64,000 nucleotides of DNA from an uncultured beta proteobacterium. GTDB taxonomy: Bacteria > Pseudomonadota > Gammaproteobacteria > Burkholderiales > SG8-39. The notes beneath the pieces were generated by a model that was not told the DNA's origin, searched no databases, and worked only from the letters and a program-made list of their open reading frames with translations. Position 1 is the first letter of the stretch; each line of letters opens with the position of its first letter. The position numbers and the translations under genes were made by a program. The stretch lies in contig CAIYPG010000046.1 in NCBI GenBank assembly GCA_903928055.1, positions 2,639 to 66,638 of the forward strand, written 5' to 3'. This document shows, piece by piece, positions 8,641-17,879 of the stretch.

Positions 8641-9840
8641 GTGAGAGGCCTCTTCTGGGTGGTGGGCGTGTTCGGGCTGGCGGTGGCCCTGTCGCTCGGG
8701 TTGCGCGCCATTGATGGTTACGCGCTGTTCGTTTTCCCGCCCTACCGCGTCGAGATCTCGCTCATTTTGCTGGTGATTCTGCTGTTCGCCGGCTATGCAC
8801 TGGCCTACGGCCTCACACGCATCGTTTCACACACCCTGGAGCTGCCCTCCTATGTGCGCGCTTTCCGCGAACGCAAGCGGCGCGACCGTGCCGAGGACGC
8901 GCTGCATGGCGCGCTGCAGGCCTGGTTCGAGGGCCGCTTCTCGCGCGCCGAGAAACTTGCCACGAAAGCCTGGGACCTGGGCGCGGAACGCGGCGCCGTC
9001 AGCCTGGTTGCGGCACGTGCGGCGCAGCGCGTGCGCGACATCGAGCGGCGCGAGTTGTGGCTGGCGCGCGCCGAGGAAGCCGGTGGCGCCGCCTGGAAGC
9101 TGGCGACGCAGGCCACGCGCGGTGAACTGCTGGTCGATGATCGCAAGTACGCCGATGCGCGTCGCGTGCTGCGCGGCCTGCATGACAGCGGCCCCATCCA
9201 CATCGCCACGCTGCTGTTGCTGCTGCGTGCCGAGCAGGAGCTGGGTGACTGGGAGGAAGTGATCCGCATTGCGCGCCTGCTGGAGAAGCGCTCCGGCCTG
9301 CCGGCCGCCGCGCTCGAAGGCATACTGATGCGGGCGCGCATTGCCGTGCTGGACAAAAAGTCCCACGATCCCAAGTCGCTCGCCGAATACTGGAAGGGCG
9401 TTCCCCAGGATGAACGGCGCGGTTCCAAACTTGCCGCCGCCGCCGCGCGCGCCTACATGCAACTGGGCGACTGCCATACCGCGCACAGCATCATCGAGGA
9501 TGCGCTGGGCACGGCCTGGACCGCCGAACTGGTGCTGCTCTACGGCGAATGCCTTGATGATGACGCGCTGTCGCGCATCGAACGCGCCGAGCGCTGGCTG
9601 AACCAGCGCCCGCGCGACTGGCCGCTGCTGCTCACGCTGGGGCGCCTGTGTGTGCAGCGCGAGTTGTGGGGCAAGGCGCAGAGCTACCTCGAGGCCAGCC
9701 TGTCGGTGCAACCCACGCGCACCGCACACATTGCGCTGGCCCGCCTGTTCGACCGTGTCGGCCGCATCCACGATGCGAACCGGCATTTCCGCGCTGCGGC
9801 CGATGCCGGCCTCGCGGCGGGTGCCACCGGCGAAGCCTGA
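8641..9840 (+). CDS. hemY: HemY-like TPR membrane protein
   Basis: GTG at 8641 preceded by GGAG, just after the hemX stop. N-terminus VRGLFWVVGVFGLAVAL has two TMs and is followed by TPR-like repeats. The 8470 start in the ORF track overlaps hemX. Confidence 0.8.
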   Translation: MRGLFWVVGVFGLAVALSLGLRAIDGYALFVFPPYRVEISLILLVILLFAGYALAYGLTRIVSHTLELPSYVRAFRERKRRDRAEDALHGALQAWFEGRFSRAEKLATKAWDLGAERGAVSLVAARAAQRVRDIERRELWLARAEEAGGAAWKLATQATRGELLVDDRKYADARRVLRGLHDSGPIHIATLLLLLRAEQELGDWEEVIRIARLLEKRSGLPAAALEGILMRARIAVLDKKSHDPKSLAEYWKGVPQDERRGSKLAAAAARAYMQLGDCHTAHSIIEDALGTAWTAELVLLYGECLDDDALSRIERAERWLNQRPRDWPLLLTLGRLCVQRELWGKAQSYLEASLSVQPTRTAHIALARLFDRVGRIHDANRHFRAAADAGLAAGATGEA

Positions 9841-9927
9841 GTTTCCGCAGCGGCAGCGCAGCTTAATGTGCGCGGCCGGCATAAAGCCGGATAATGTCGC
9901 CTTGCCTTTCCATGCCTGAAGACGTCC

Positions 9928-10935
9928 ATGCCCATCCAATGGTTTCCCGGCCACATGCGCACCGCCCACAAGAAGGCGGGCGAGACCATGTCGGACATCG
10001 ACGTCATCATCGAGGTGCTCGACGCCCGCCATCCCGAGGCGAGCAGCAATCCCATGATCACGTCGCTGCGCAAGCTGCACCAGCGCCCCTGCCTGAAGCT
10101 GCTCAACAAGGCGGATCTGGCCGACCCCGATGCGACCAGGGCATGGCTCGACCATTTCAACAGGCAGAAGGGCGTCACCGCCGTGGCGATCTCCTGCAAA
10201 AAGGCAGGTGAAGTCGCAAAGGTGCCCGCGCTGTGCCAGAAACTCGCGCCGCATCGCGACGACAATTTCAAGCCATTGCGCATGATGATCATGGGCATCC
10301 CCAACGTCGGCAAATCAACGTTCATGAATGCGCTCGTGAAGCGCAAGGTGGCCAAGGTGGGTGATGAGCCGGCCGTCACCAAGTCGCAGCAGCGCTTCGA
10401 CATCAGCCCGCGCCAGTACATTGTCGACACCCCCGGCCTGATGTGGCCCAAGATCGACCATGAGTCCGATGGCTGGATGCTGGCCGCGAGCCATGCGATC
10501 GGCCGCAATGCCGTGATTGACGAGGAGGTTGCGACCTTTCTCGCCGGTCTGCTTCTTGTGCGTTACCCGGAGCGGCTGACTGCGCGCTATGGCTTCAAGA
10601 CGGAAGGGCTGGATGCGGCCGGCGTCATTGAGGCGGTGGCAAAGCGCCGCGGCTGCCTTTTGAAGGGGCGGGGCGGCGAGCCTGACTTCGAACGCGCATC
10701 GCTGATCTTCCTGCAGGACTACCGCGATGGCGCGCTGGGCCGCATCAGCCTGGAGACCCCGGAGACGCGCGCCGTGATGATCGCCGAAGACGAAATCAAG
10801 GCGGCTGCCAAGGCTGCGGCGCTTGCCGAGAAAGCCGCCAAAGCGGCGAAGGCGAAAATGCCTGATCGTGACAAGCGTTTGTCGTCGTCGCCGTCATCGC
10901 CTCCTACGGCACCTGATGACGAGGAGGCGGCGTGA
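9928..10935 (+). CDS. rbgA: ribosome biogenesis GTPase YlqF/RbgA
   Basis: QWFPGHM N-terminus and circularly permuted GTPase motifs (NKADL, GIPNVGKST). Lys/Ala-rich C-terminal tail. Confidence 0.85.
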   Translation: MPIQWFPGHMRTAHKKAGETMSDIDVIIEVLDARHPEASSNPMITSLRKLHQRPCLKLLNKADLADPDATRAWLDHFNRQKGVTAVAISCKKAGEVAKVPALCQKLAPHRDDNFKPLRMMIMGIPNVGKSTFMNALVKRKVAKVGDEPAVTKSQQRFDISPRQYIVDTPGLMWPKIDHESDGWMLAASHAIGRNAVIDEEVATFLAGLLLVRYPERLTARYGFKTEGLDAAGVIEAVAKRRGCLLKGRGGEPDFERASLIFLQDYRDGALGRISLETPETRAVMIAEDEIKAAAKAAALAEKAAKAAKAKMPDRDKRLSSSPSSPPTAPDDEEAA

Positions 10936-11162
10936 GTTCTCTGCAAAGCCATGGCAAGCCGGTCGAGGACCGTCTGACCGAGCTGGAAATCAAGGCTTCG
11001 CTTGCCGAAGACCTTCTCGAGGAGCTCAACCGCACCGTCTATCGCCAGCAACAGCAGATCGAACAACTGCACCAGGAACTGCGTGCCCTGCGCCTGCAGG
11101 TACAGATGGCAGCACCCAACGAGCCGCGCAATCCGGCGGACGATGTGCCGCCGCATTACTGA
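10932..11162 (+). CDS. slyX: SlyX family protein
   Basis: 76-aa coiled coil ending in PPHY. The GTG start overlaps the rbgA stop (GTGA), with GAGGAGG upstream. Confidence 0.8.
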   Translation: MSSLQSHGKPVEDRLTELEIKASLAEDLLEELNRTVYRQQQQIEQLHQELRALRLQVQMAAPNEPRNPADDVPPHY

Positions 11163-11178
11163 TGGCCGTACTTCGTGC

Positions 11179-11610
11179 ATGAAACCACGCATCACATTGA
11201 TCACCCTTGGCGTCGATGACCTTGAGCGGGCTGTGCGGTTTTATCGCGACGGGCTTGGCCTGAAGACCGAGGGCATTGTCGGCCGGGAATGCGAGCACGG
11301 CGCGGTGGCGTTCTTCGATCTGCAGGCGGGCCTGAAGCTGGCGCTGTGGCCGCGGGAAAGCATTGCACATGACACCGGACTTCCCGTCGATGACGCCGGT
11401 GCCGCCCATGTCACGAATTCCACGATAGGCCACAATGTTTCGTCAAAAGCCGAAGTCGATGCCGTCATGGCGCAGGCTGCAGCGGCGGGCGCGGTGATCG
11501 TCAAGCCGGCGCATGAGACGGCCTGGGGCGGGTATGCCGGCTATTTCCGGGACCCCGATGGCCACCTTTGGGAAGCGGCGTGGAATCCAGCCTGGGAACT
11601 CGCCGACTGA
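11179..11610 (+). CDS. VOC (glyoxalase/bleomycin-resistance) family protein
   Basis: ATG at 11179. ITLGVDDLERAVRFYRDGLGL and C-terminal GYFRDPDGHLWE are typical of VOC proteins. Confidence 0.8.
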   Translation: MKPRITLITLGVDDLERAVRFYRDGLGLKTEGIVGRECEHGAVAFFDLQAGLKLALWPRESIAHDTGLPVDDAGAAHVTNSTIGHNVSSKAEVDAVMAQAAAAGAVIVKPAHETAWGGYAGYFRDPDGHLWEAAWNPAWELAD

Positions 11611-11616
11611 CCTGCT

Positions 11617-12132
11617 TCAATGCAGCGCTGATGACGCGGTCGAGCGCAGTTGCTTTGCCTGCATGCGACGCACCTGCAGCATTGCACCGATCAAAAAGAT
11701 CAGAAACATCACGCCGGACGCCACCTGCAACTCCTGCGCTTCGGGGCCGGAGAAGAGGGGCGCACCCGGCGGCAGTCGCGTGGTGGCCTCGATCGTTCCG
11801 GGGATCATTTGCAGCAGGAAAGTTGCCGAGTAGCTGACGGTCTCCACGTAGGGGCCGGCGCGTCCGAAGAGCGCCGAGCGTCCCGCGAGAAAGGCGACGC
11901 CAAGCACGATCAGCGTCAAAATGCCCAGCATGTGCGGCCTGCCGAAACCATCGTGCTGGAAAATGCCAAAACTGGTCAGGCAGGTGAGGACAGTGGCCCA
12001 GATGTACACCTGGCCAAGCGTGTTGCCGCGGGAAATCTGCCGATCGCGAACGAGAGCTATGAGTCCCGCGGTGACGGCGACCAGGCCGATGGCGGTGTGA
12101 ACGACACCAAGCGGTGTCAGGCCATAGAACAT
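11617..12132 (-). CDS. hypothetical integral membrane protein
   Basis: ATG at 12132 preceded by GGGGAG. About four predicted TM helices. Family not recognised. Confidence 0.55.
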   Translation of the reverse strand: MFYGLTPLGVVHTAIGLVAVTAGLIALVRDRQISRGNTLGQVYIWATVLTCLTSFGIFQHDGFGRPHMLGILTLIVLGVAFLAGRSALFGRAGPYVETVSYSATFLLQMIPGTIEATTRLPPGAPLFSGPEAQELQVASGVMFLIFLIGAMLQVRRMQAKQLRSTASSALH

Positions 12133-12169
12133 ATCAATACTCCCCGGGTCTGAGGTTTGTCTGGCGACA

Positions 12170-13021
12170 TCATCGGATGGTGTTTGCCGGGCCGTCGGTG
12201 CCGCCCTGCCGGCCAAGCGGGCCTCGCACGAGCGGTGGTACATGCGCCAGTGCGATGCTGACCCACACGCCAAATGTGAAGTAAGGCGTCATCCAGGCAG
12301 CTTCGCTCCGCCATCTTGTCCAATCGAAGGTGACGGTGCAGCGCTCCAGCACTTCATGCATGCCTTCTGCGAGCGACAGGTACTGCCGTCCGGCAGCCAG
12401 GTCTGCCCGCCAGCGCGAGAAATACATGGGCAGGTCGAAGGAGAGCATGAATGTGATGTAGACAAGGGCGAAGGCGATGGCCGCCGTCACGCAGCGTTGC
12501 GGCCCGCCCGCCAGTCGCGGCCGCAGTGACAGGCATCCTGCCGCGATCACCGCGGTGGTGAGCGTCCAGAGCGAATTCTCGACCAGGTGGAAGAAATAAT
12601 TCGTGCTCAGTACGGCGGTCCAGCAGGATATTTCCGCCAGGACAATGAGCGGAATTGGCAATTGTGCGGCGAGCATCGCAAAGCGGTCGCCGGTGTTGCG
12701 GCCCGCCTCGCGCAACAGCAGCGCCCACTGGGCGACGAAGCACAGTTCCGCGATGGTGGCGACGGAGCGGCTGATGCCGACGCGGGAAATCCACACATCC
12801 AGCAGGCAGGTGCGCGGCGCATCGACCAGCGGCAACAGGGAGCGGAATGCACAGCCGAGCACATAGCTCAGTGACAGCCACAGTACCCACTGCCGCGTGG
12901 CGCGGACCTCCGCCGGCAGATCGTTGCGCTGAGCCAGCCTGCGCCGGGCGAAAACCCAGAGTCCCGAGTTCAGCAGTGCCACGGCGGCGAGGCATGCCCA
13001 CCACAGCGTCACGCTGTCCAT
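12170..13021 (-). CDS. hypothetical integral membrane protein
   Basis: 283 aa with multiple hydrophobic helices. The start overlaps the stop of the upstream esterase gene (TGATG). Family not recognised. Confidence 0.6.
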   Translation of the reverse strand: MDSVTLWWACLAAVALLNSGLWVFARRRLAQRNDLPAEVRATRQWVLWLSLSYVLGCAFRSLLPLVDAPRTCLLDVWISRVGISRSVATIAELCFVAQWALLLREAGRNTGDRFAMLAAQLPIPLIVLAEISCWTAVLSTNYFFHLVENSLWTLTTAVIAAGCLSLRPRLAGGPQRCVTAAIAFALVYITFMLSFDLPMYFSRWRADLAAGRQYLSLAEGMHEVLERCTVTFDWTRWRSEAAWMTPYFTFGVWVSIALAHVPPLVRGPLGRQGGTDGPANTIR

Positions 13022-14124
13022 CAGGGTTTCAATGCCCTGTACAGGAACGGCAGGCTGACATCCATGCGGTAATCGACGTCCGAGTGGTTATCGTCGAACT
13101 CCTCATAGGTGTGGCGAATGCCCGCGGCGGCCAGGCGCTTGGACAGGATGCGCGTGCCGTATTGAATGTGGTACTGGTCACGCCAGCCGCAGTCGATGTA
13201 GATGCCGCGCAGGGTCTTCAGGTTTGCGCGGTACTTGTCCACCAGGTTCACGGGGTCATTGGCCTGCCACTTCGCCCAGCGCTTCGGGATCAGTTCGCCA
13301 GTTTCCAGATTGAAGGGCACGCGAAAGCCGTTTGGCGCGCGCGGGTCCGGATCGTAGGTCGCCGCCATGCACAGATTCATGATGCAGTGGCCTTCACTGC
13401 CGGCAAGCTTTTCCTTTTTCCAGGCCTGGGCGAGAAAACGTTTGATGCGGCCGTCATCGAGGCCTTCGGCCATCCCCTTGCGCGTTGATTCGGCCAGCGC
13501 GTCATAGGCGCCGGGTTTGCGCCGCGCGGTGCGGTGGCGCGAGAGTTCGTTCAGTGTGTTCGGCCAGTCATGCCAGTACACGAAGTCGAAATACGAATCA
13601 CCCGAGTGGTCGGCGATCGCACCCCAGTACTGCGGATACTTCATGGCGTGGATGATCGAGCCATACCCGCCGGATGACTTGCCGAAGCAGCCCCGGTGCT
13701 CGCGGCCGGCGAGCGTGCGGAACTCGTGGTCCACGAAGGGGATGATTTCGCGCGTCAGGTAATCGGCGTAATTGCCGATCGCCGACGAGTTGATGTACTG
13801 GTTGCCGCCCAGTGCCGTGAAGCAGTCCGGGAACACGATGATGGCCGGGCCCATCTTCTGTTCATGGATGAGCCGTGCGGCACGCTCCGGCACGTTGTCG
13901 CCAAAGGGCTTCCAGTTCGTGTGCGACAGGCCGGTGCCAGTGAAGCCCACCAGGTCGTAGAGCACCGGAAAGCGCTGCTGCGGATTGGCCTCGTATTGCG
14001 GCGGCAGCCATACCGCGAGTTTGCGCACATGCGGATCGCCGAGGGGATTGCCCTTGAGGATTTTCGAGTTGTGGTCCTGCACGACCAGCGTGCCGGCGGG
14101 CGCTTTGGAGCGTTTGATGGCCAT
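13021..14124 (-). CDS. alpha/beta hydrolase, esterase-D/enterochelin-esterase-like family
   Basis: PVLYDLVGFTG.., nucleophile elbow GKSSGG, 367 aa. Confidence 0.75.
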   Translation of the reverse strand: MAIKRSKAPAGTLVVQDHNSKILKGNPLGDPHVRKLAVWLPPQYEANPQQRFPVLYDLVGFTGTGLSHTNWKPFGDNVPERAARLIHEQKMGPAIIVFPDCFTALGGNQYINSSAIGNYADYLTREIIPFVDHEFRTLAGREHRGCFGKSSGGYGSIIHAMKYPQYWGAIADHSGDSYFDFVYWHDWPNTLNELSRHRTARRKPGAYDALAESTRKGMAEGLDDGRIKRFLAQAWKKEKLAGSEGHCIMNLCMAATYDPDPRAPNGFRVPFNLETGELIPKRWAKWQANDPVNLVDKYRANLKTLRGIYIDCGWRDQYHIQYGTRILSKRLAAAGIRHTYEEFDDNHSDVDYRMDVSLPFLYRALKP

Positions 14125-14205
14125 GGTGTTTTCCGACGAAGAGTGGTTTCAGCAGTCTTATGGCCGGATTGTGGCATGGCCGGTGAGGCTGTACCGGGCC
14201 CCGCT

Positions 14206-14946
14206 TCAGCGCGCCTTGAACACCGGTTTGCGGTTTTCGCGGCGCGCGGCCTGTGCCTCCTTGCGGTCCTCGCTCGCCTTCAGCGTGTCAAGGCGGCCAA
14301 CCTCGCGGTAGAAGCGCTCGGCCGGGCTGCGCGGGACGGTCGAGAGTGCAAAGCCCTTCAGCGCCTGCATCACCAGCGGGGCGTTGCCTGCGATCTTCGC
14401 CGCATACTCCTGGGCCACCTTCAGGTGCTGTCCCTTGGGCACCACCTTGTTGACGAAGCCCACCTCGTAGGCGCGCTGCACGCCCAGTTCGTCGCCCACC
14501 AGCATGACCTCCATCGCCACCTTGTAGGGCATGCGCGATACCAGGGCGGCCATGATGCCGCCGGAGTTGCCGACCTTGCCTTCCGGGTATAGGAAGCGCA
14601 CCGATTCGTCGGCAATGATCATGTCGGCCATCAGCGGATACACCATGGCGCCGCCGATGCACCAGCCGGTCATGGCCATGATGACCGGCTTGTCGAGGTC
14701 AATGCCGACATTGGGAACGCTGCGCCAGGAATCCTTGGGCGGATGCTTCAGGTCGCGGCCGGAGGAGAACGCCACGTCGCCGGCCGAGGTCAGGACCGCG
14801 ACCCAGTCGTCCTTGCTTGCAGCAAAGCGCTGCCAGGCCGCGGCCAGACCGACGCTCACCTCCTCGTTGATGGCGTTGCGCTTTTCCGGCCGGTTGATGG
14901 TGATCGTGGCCACATGGTCTTTTGATTCATAAAGTACGGCGCTCAT
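14206..14946 (-). CDS. enoyl-CoA hydratase/isomerase (crotonase) family protein
   Basis: VATITINRPEKRNAI N-terminus and crotonase-fold length. Confidence 0.85.
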   Translation of the reverse strand: MSAVLYESKDHVATITINRPEKRNAINEEVSVGLAAAWQRFAASKDDWVAVLTSAGDVAFSSGRDLKHPPKDSWRSVPNVGIDLDKPVIMAMTGWCIGGAMVYPLMADMIIADESVRFLYPEGKVGNSGGIMAALVSRMPYKVAMEVMLVGDELGVQRAYEVGFVNKVVPKGQHLKVAQEYAAKIAGNAPLVMQALKGFALSTVPRSPAERFYREVGRLDTLKASEDRKEAQAARRENRKPVFKAR

Positions 14947-15178
14947 CGGTCTCTCCCCGTTGTCTGTTTTCGGCCCGTTGTTTTACCGGCATTCCAGTGC
15001 CTGATCGGATTGTGGCACGCGGCTGGCGGCTTTCATATGTGCGCTGGCGTACGGAATCCGGTCGTCGGGAGGGCCACCATTCATGTCTGAAGCGCTTTTG
15101 ATCCGGGAATCGTCCCGGCCGCAGGCGCTGAAACAGGCGAAGTCCTGCGCATTCCCGAACACCTACACAAGGAAGACC

Positions 15179-15883
15179 ATGAACACATTCAACAAGCATG
15201 CGATCGCCCTCGCGATCGGCCTGGCATTCAGCACCGGCGCAATGGCCCAGGTCATGTCCAAGACCGACCTGAAGAACGCCCAGGACACGATTTCCGCCGC
15301 TTTCAAGTCCGCCTCCGCCACCTGCGCAACGCTCAAGGCCAATGCCAAGGACATCTGCATGGCCGAGGCCAAGGGCAAGGAAAAAGTCTCCCGTGCCGAA
15401 CTCAATGCCAGTCAGTCGGTGGCTGTTGCCAAGTCCGACAGCACCTATGCCATCGCCAGGGAAAAGTGCGATGACCTGTCCGGCGATGCCAAGTCTACCT
15501 GCGTGAGCAATGCCAAGGCAGCGCACAACGGAGTCGAGGCCGAAATGAAGCCGGCCATGAAGACATCGGAAGCCGCGAAACCGGCCAAGACGGCCGCTGC
15601 CGCAGCGCCGGCCAAGGAAGTCTCCACAACGACGGCCAAGAAGGAATCCACCGGCGAGTACGTCGATGACGCCATGATTACCACCAAGGTGAAGGCCGCC
15701 GTGCTGGAAACCTCATCCCTCAAGTCGTCCGAAATCAATGTCGAGACCTACAAGGGCACTGTCCAGCTGACCGGCTTCGTGCGCTCAAAGGCCGACATCG
15801 ACAAGGCTGTTGAAGTGGCCAAGGGCGTCAAGGGCGTCAAGTCGGTCAAGAATGACATGCTGCTCAAGCCGGCCACGAACTAA
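15179..15883 (+). CDS. periplasmic BON-domain protein (OsmY-like)
   Basis: ATG at 15179 after AGGAAG. Signal peptide ..STGAMAQ. C-terminal BON domain (VETYKGTVQLTGFV..VKGVKSVKNDM). Confidence 0.8.
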   Translation: MNTFNKHAIALAIGLAFSTGAMAQVMSKTDLKNAQDTISAAFKSASATCATLKANAKDICMAEAKGKEKVSRAELNASQSVAVAKSDSTYAIAREKCDDLSGDAKSTCVSNAKAAHNGVEAEMKPAMKTSEAAKPAKTAAAAAPAKEVSTTTAKKESTGEYVDDAMITTKVKAAVLETSSLKSSEINVETYKGTVQLTGFVRSKADIDKAVEVAKGVKGVKSVKNDMLLKPATN

Positions 15884-15930
15884 GGCAGGACTCCACCCTT
15901 TCACACAATGCCCCAACCGGAAGAACAGAC

Positions 15931-16089
15931 ATGAACCTTGGAACCATACTGATCGTGATTCTGGTTCTGCTTCTGGCGGGCGCGATCCCGACATGGCCCC
16001 ACAGCAGCAAGTGGGGTTATGGTCCCAGCGGCGGCGTCGGCCTGATATTAATTATTGTTGTGATTCTGCTGTTGACGGGCAGGATGTAG
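15931..16089 (+). CDS. DUF3309-family small membrane protein (52 aa)
   Basis: My own translation: MNLGTILIVILVLLLAGAIPTWPHSSKWGYGPSGGVGLILIIVVILLLTGRM. The PTWPHS..WGYGPSGG core is characteristic. Too short for the supplied ORF track. Confidence 0.7.
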   Translation: MNLGTILIVILVLLLAGAIPTWPHSSKWGYGPSGGVGLILIIVVILLLTGRM

Positions 16090-16135
16090 AAATGCGCAGA
16101 ACGGCTGGCGAAGCTGCCTGAATCAGGTCGCAACG

Positions 16136-17422
16136 TCAGCTGCCCAGCATTTTTCGGCGCCGCTGAAGGAAGGCACGAACTGCCGGATCGGATTCCAGGC
16201 CGATGGCCTGGGCATAGGCGGCATCGGCAGCGTCCACATTCCCGGTCCGTGCGAGCAGGCCGGCGCGCGCCGCCCAATAGGGTTGATATTCGGCAAGCCG
16301 GGCGTCGCCGGCCACGGAGTCAAGCGCCGCAATGCCGGCAGAGGCACCCAGCGTTTCGGCAACGGCGATTGCACGGTTGATCGCCACCACCGGCGAAGCG
16401 GTCATGGCAAGCAGCGCGTCGTAGAGCTGCACGATGGCTGCCCAGTCGGCGCGGCCGGTAGTACCGACCCATTGGCGGCGCACGACATGTGCGGATTGCA
16501 GTGCAGCCTCCAGTTGGTAGCGGCCCGTCCGGCCGATGCCGCTTGCGCGGAACAACAGTGCTTCGGCCTCATCGATCAGCGTCGCATGCCACGCGGCGGG
16601 ATCCTGTTCGGCGAGCGGCACATAGTCTCCTGCGGCATTGCGCCGCGCGCCGCGTCGGGCCTCGGCATACAGCATCAGCGCGAGCAGGCCCAGCGCTTCA
16701 GGCTCTTCAGGCAGCAGCGAGGCGACGAGCCGGCCCAGCCAGATGCCTTCTGCGGCAAGGTTGCGGCGGCGGGTTTCGGTTCCGGCCGGGTCGGACCAGC
16801 CTTCGGCGAAGGCCGCATAAATGGCATCGAGCACGGCCTCCAGCCGTTCAGCCAGGTCGGCGCGCTCGGGCACGCGAAACGGAATGCCAGCCTGGCGGAT
16901 CTTGTTCTTGGCACGCACCAGTCGCTGCGCCATGGTGGCAGGCGACACCAGAAAGGCCGAGGCAATGGTTGCGGCATCGAAGCCCAGCGTGGTCTGCAGG
17001 ATCAGCGGTGCGCGTATGCCTGCCTCAATGGCCGGATGGGCGCAGGCGAACATCAACGGCAGGCGGTCATCAGGGATGGCCGCTTCACCATCGGCGCGAT
17101 CTTCAGTGTCGGCAAGCTCGACCAGAAGCTGCAGATGCGGTGCGGCGTCCTCGCCCACCCGGCGCCGGCGCACGGCATCGACCATGCGATGCCGCGCCAC
17201 CGTCAGCAGCCAGGCCTCGGGTGAGCGTGGAACGCCGTTCGCCGGCCAGTCGGTGAGCGCGGCGGAAAAGGCCTCGGACAAGGCGTCCTCGGCCCCGGCC
17301 ACATCACGGGTGCGCGCCGCGAGGAAGGCGAGCAGCTTGCCGTAGCTGCGACGGGCCACGGCTTCCGCCACTGCGCGCGGTTCGCGGTGCCCGTCTTCGT
17401 TCGCCGGATCGCGCATTGCCAT
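16136..17422 (-). CDS. ECF sigma factor with long C-terminal TPR-like extension (ECF42-type)
   Basis: Sigma-70 regions 2 and 4 at the N-terminus (EDALSEAF.., WLLTVARHR..), a ~250-aa C-terminal extension, and an adjacent YciI-like gene. Confidence 0.8.
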   Translation of the reverse strand: MAMRDPANEDGHREPRAVAEAVARRSYGKLLAFLAARTRDVAGAEDALSEAFSAALTDWPANGVPRSPEAWLLTVARHRMVDAVRRRRVGEDAAPHLQLLVELADTEDRADGEAAIPDDRLPLMFACAHPAIEAGIRAPLILQTTLGFDAATIASAFLVSPATMAQRLVRAKNKIRQAGIPFRVPERADLAERLEAVLDAIYAAFAEGWSDPAGTETRRRNLAAEGIWLGRLVASLLPEEPEALGLLALMLYAEARRGARRNAAGDYVPLAEQDPAAWHATLIDEAEALLFRASGIGRTGRYQLEAALQSAHVVRRQWVGTTGRADWAAIVQLYDALLAMTASPVVAINRAIAVAETLGASAGIAALDSVAGDARLAEYQPYWAARAGLLARTGNVDAADAAYAQAIGLESDPAVRAFLQRRRKMLGS

Positions 17423-17428
17423 CCCTTG

Positions 17429-17779
17429 CTACTGCATTGGCCAGATCGGGCGGACTTCCATGGTGCCGAAGCTTGCGCCTGGGCAGCGTGCCGCCCAGGC
17501 GATCGCGGCGTCGAGATCGGCCACGTCGATCATGTAATAGCCGCCGAGCTGCTCTTTGGTCTCCGCGTAGGGGCCGTTCAGCACTTCGGTCTTGCCCTTG
17601 GCGACGCGCACCGAAGTCGCTGTTGACGTGGGCTTCAGGCGCTCCCCGCCGAGCAGGACGCCGGCCTTTTTGAGCGCCTCGGTATAGGCGCCATAGGCGG
17701 CGTGCATCTGGCTGCTTTGCTCCGGGGTGGCCGGCGTCATGGCGGCTTCGTTGCCGTAAATCATCAGTAAATACTGCAT
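17429..17779 (-). CDS. YciI/DGPF-family protein
   Basis: MQYLLMIYGNE.., GGYYMIDVADLDAAIAWAARCP, 116 aa. First gene of the pair with the ECF sigma. Confidence 0.85.
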   Translation of the reverse strand: MQYLLMIYGNEAAMTPATPEQSSQMHAAYGAYTEALKKAGVLLGGERLKPTSTATSVRVAKGKTEVLNGPYAETKEQLGGYYMIDVADLDAAIAWAARCPGASFGTMEVRPIWPMQ

Positions 17780-17852
17780 GGCGATCTCCTGGTCTGTTGG
17801 GTTTGCTGTCAGTGACGACAGCGGTGCGGCAAATCTGCCTCACTGTGACAAT

Positions 17853-17879
17853 GACGCGCGGTCCGGCCCGAAATCGACA
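17853..17879 (-). promoter_or_regulatory. candidate ECF-type promoter upstream of yciI-sigma operon
   Basis: The minus strand reads TGTCGA-N17-CGTC about 75 nt upstream of the yciI ATG. It resembles ECF -35/-10 elements. Motif match only. Confidence 0.3.

Noticed and set aside
16043-16057. TGATATTAATTATTG inside the DUF3309 gene as a seventh element copy
   Set aside because: It matches 13/15 of the left module of copy C, but there is no TGAT box 52 bp downstream and no GCTT core. It simply encodes LILII in a TM helix and is probably coincidental.
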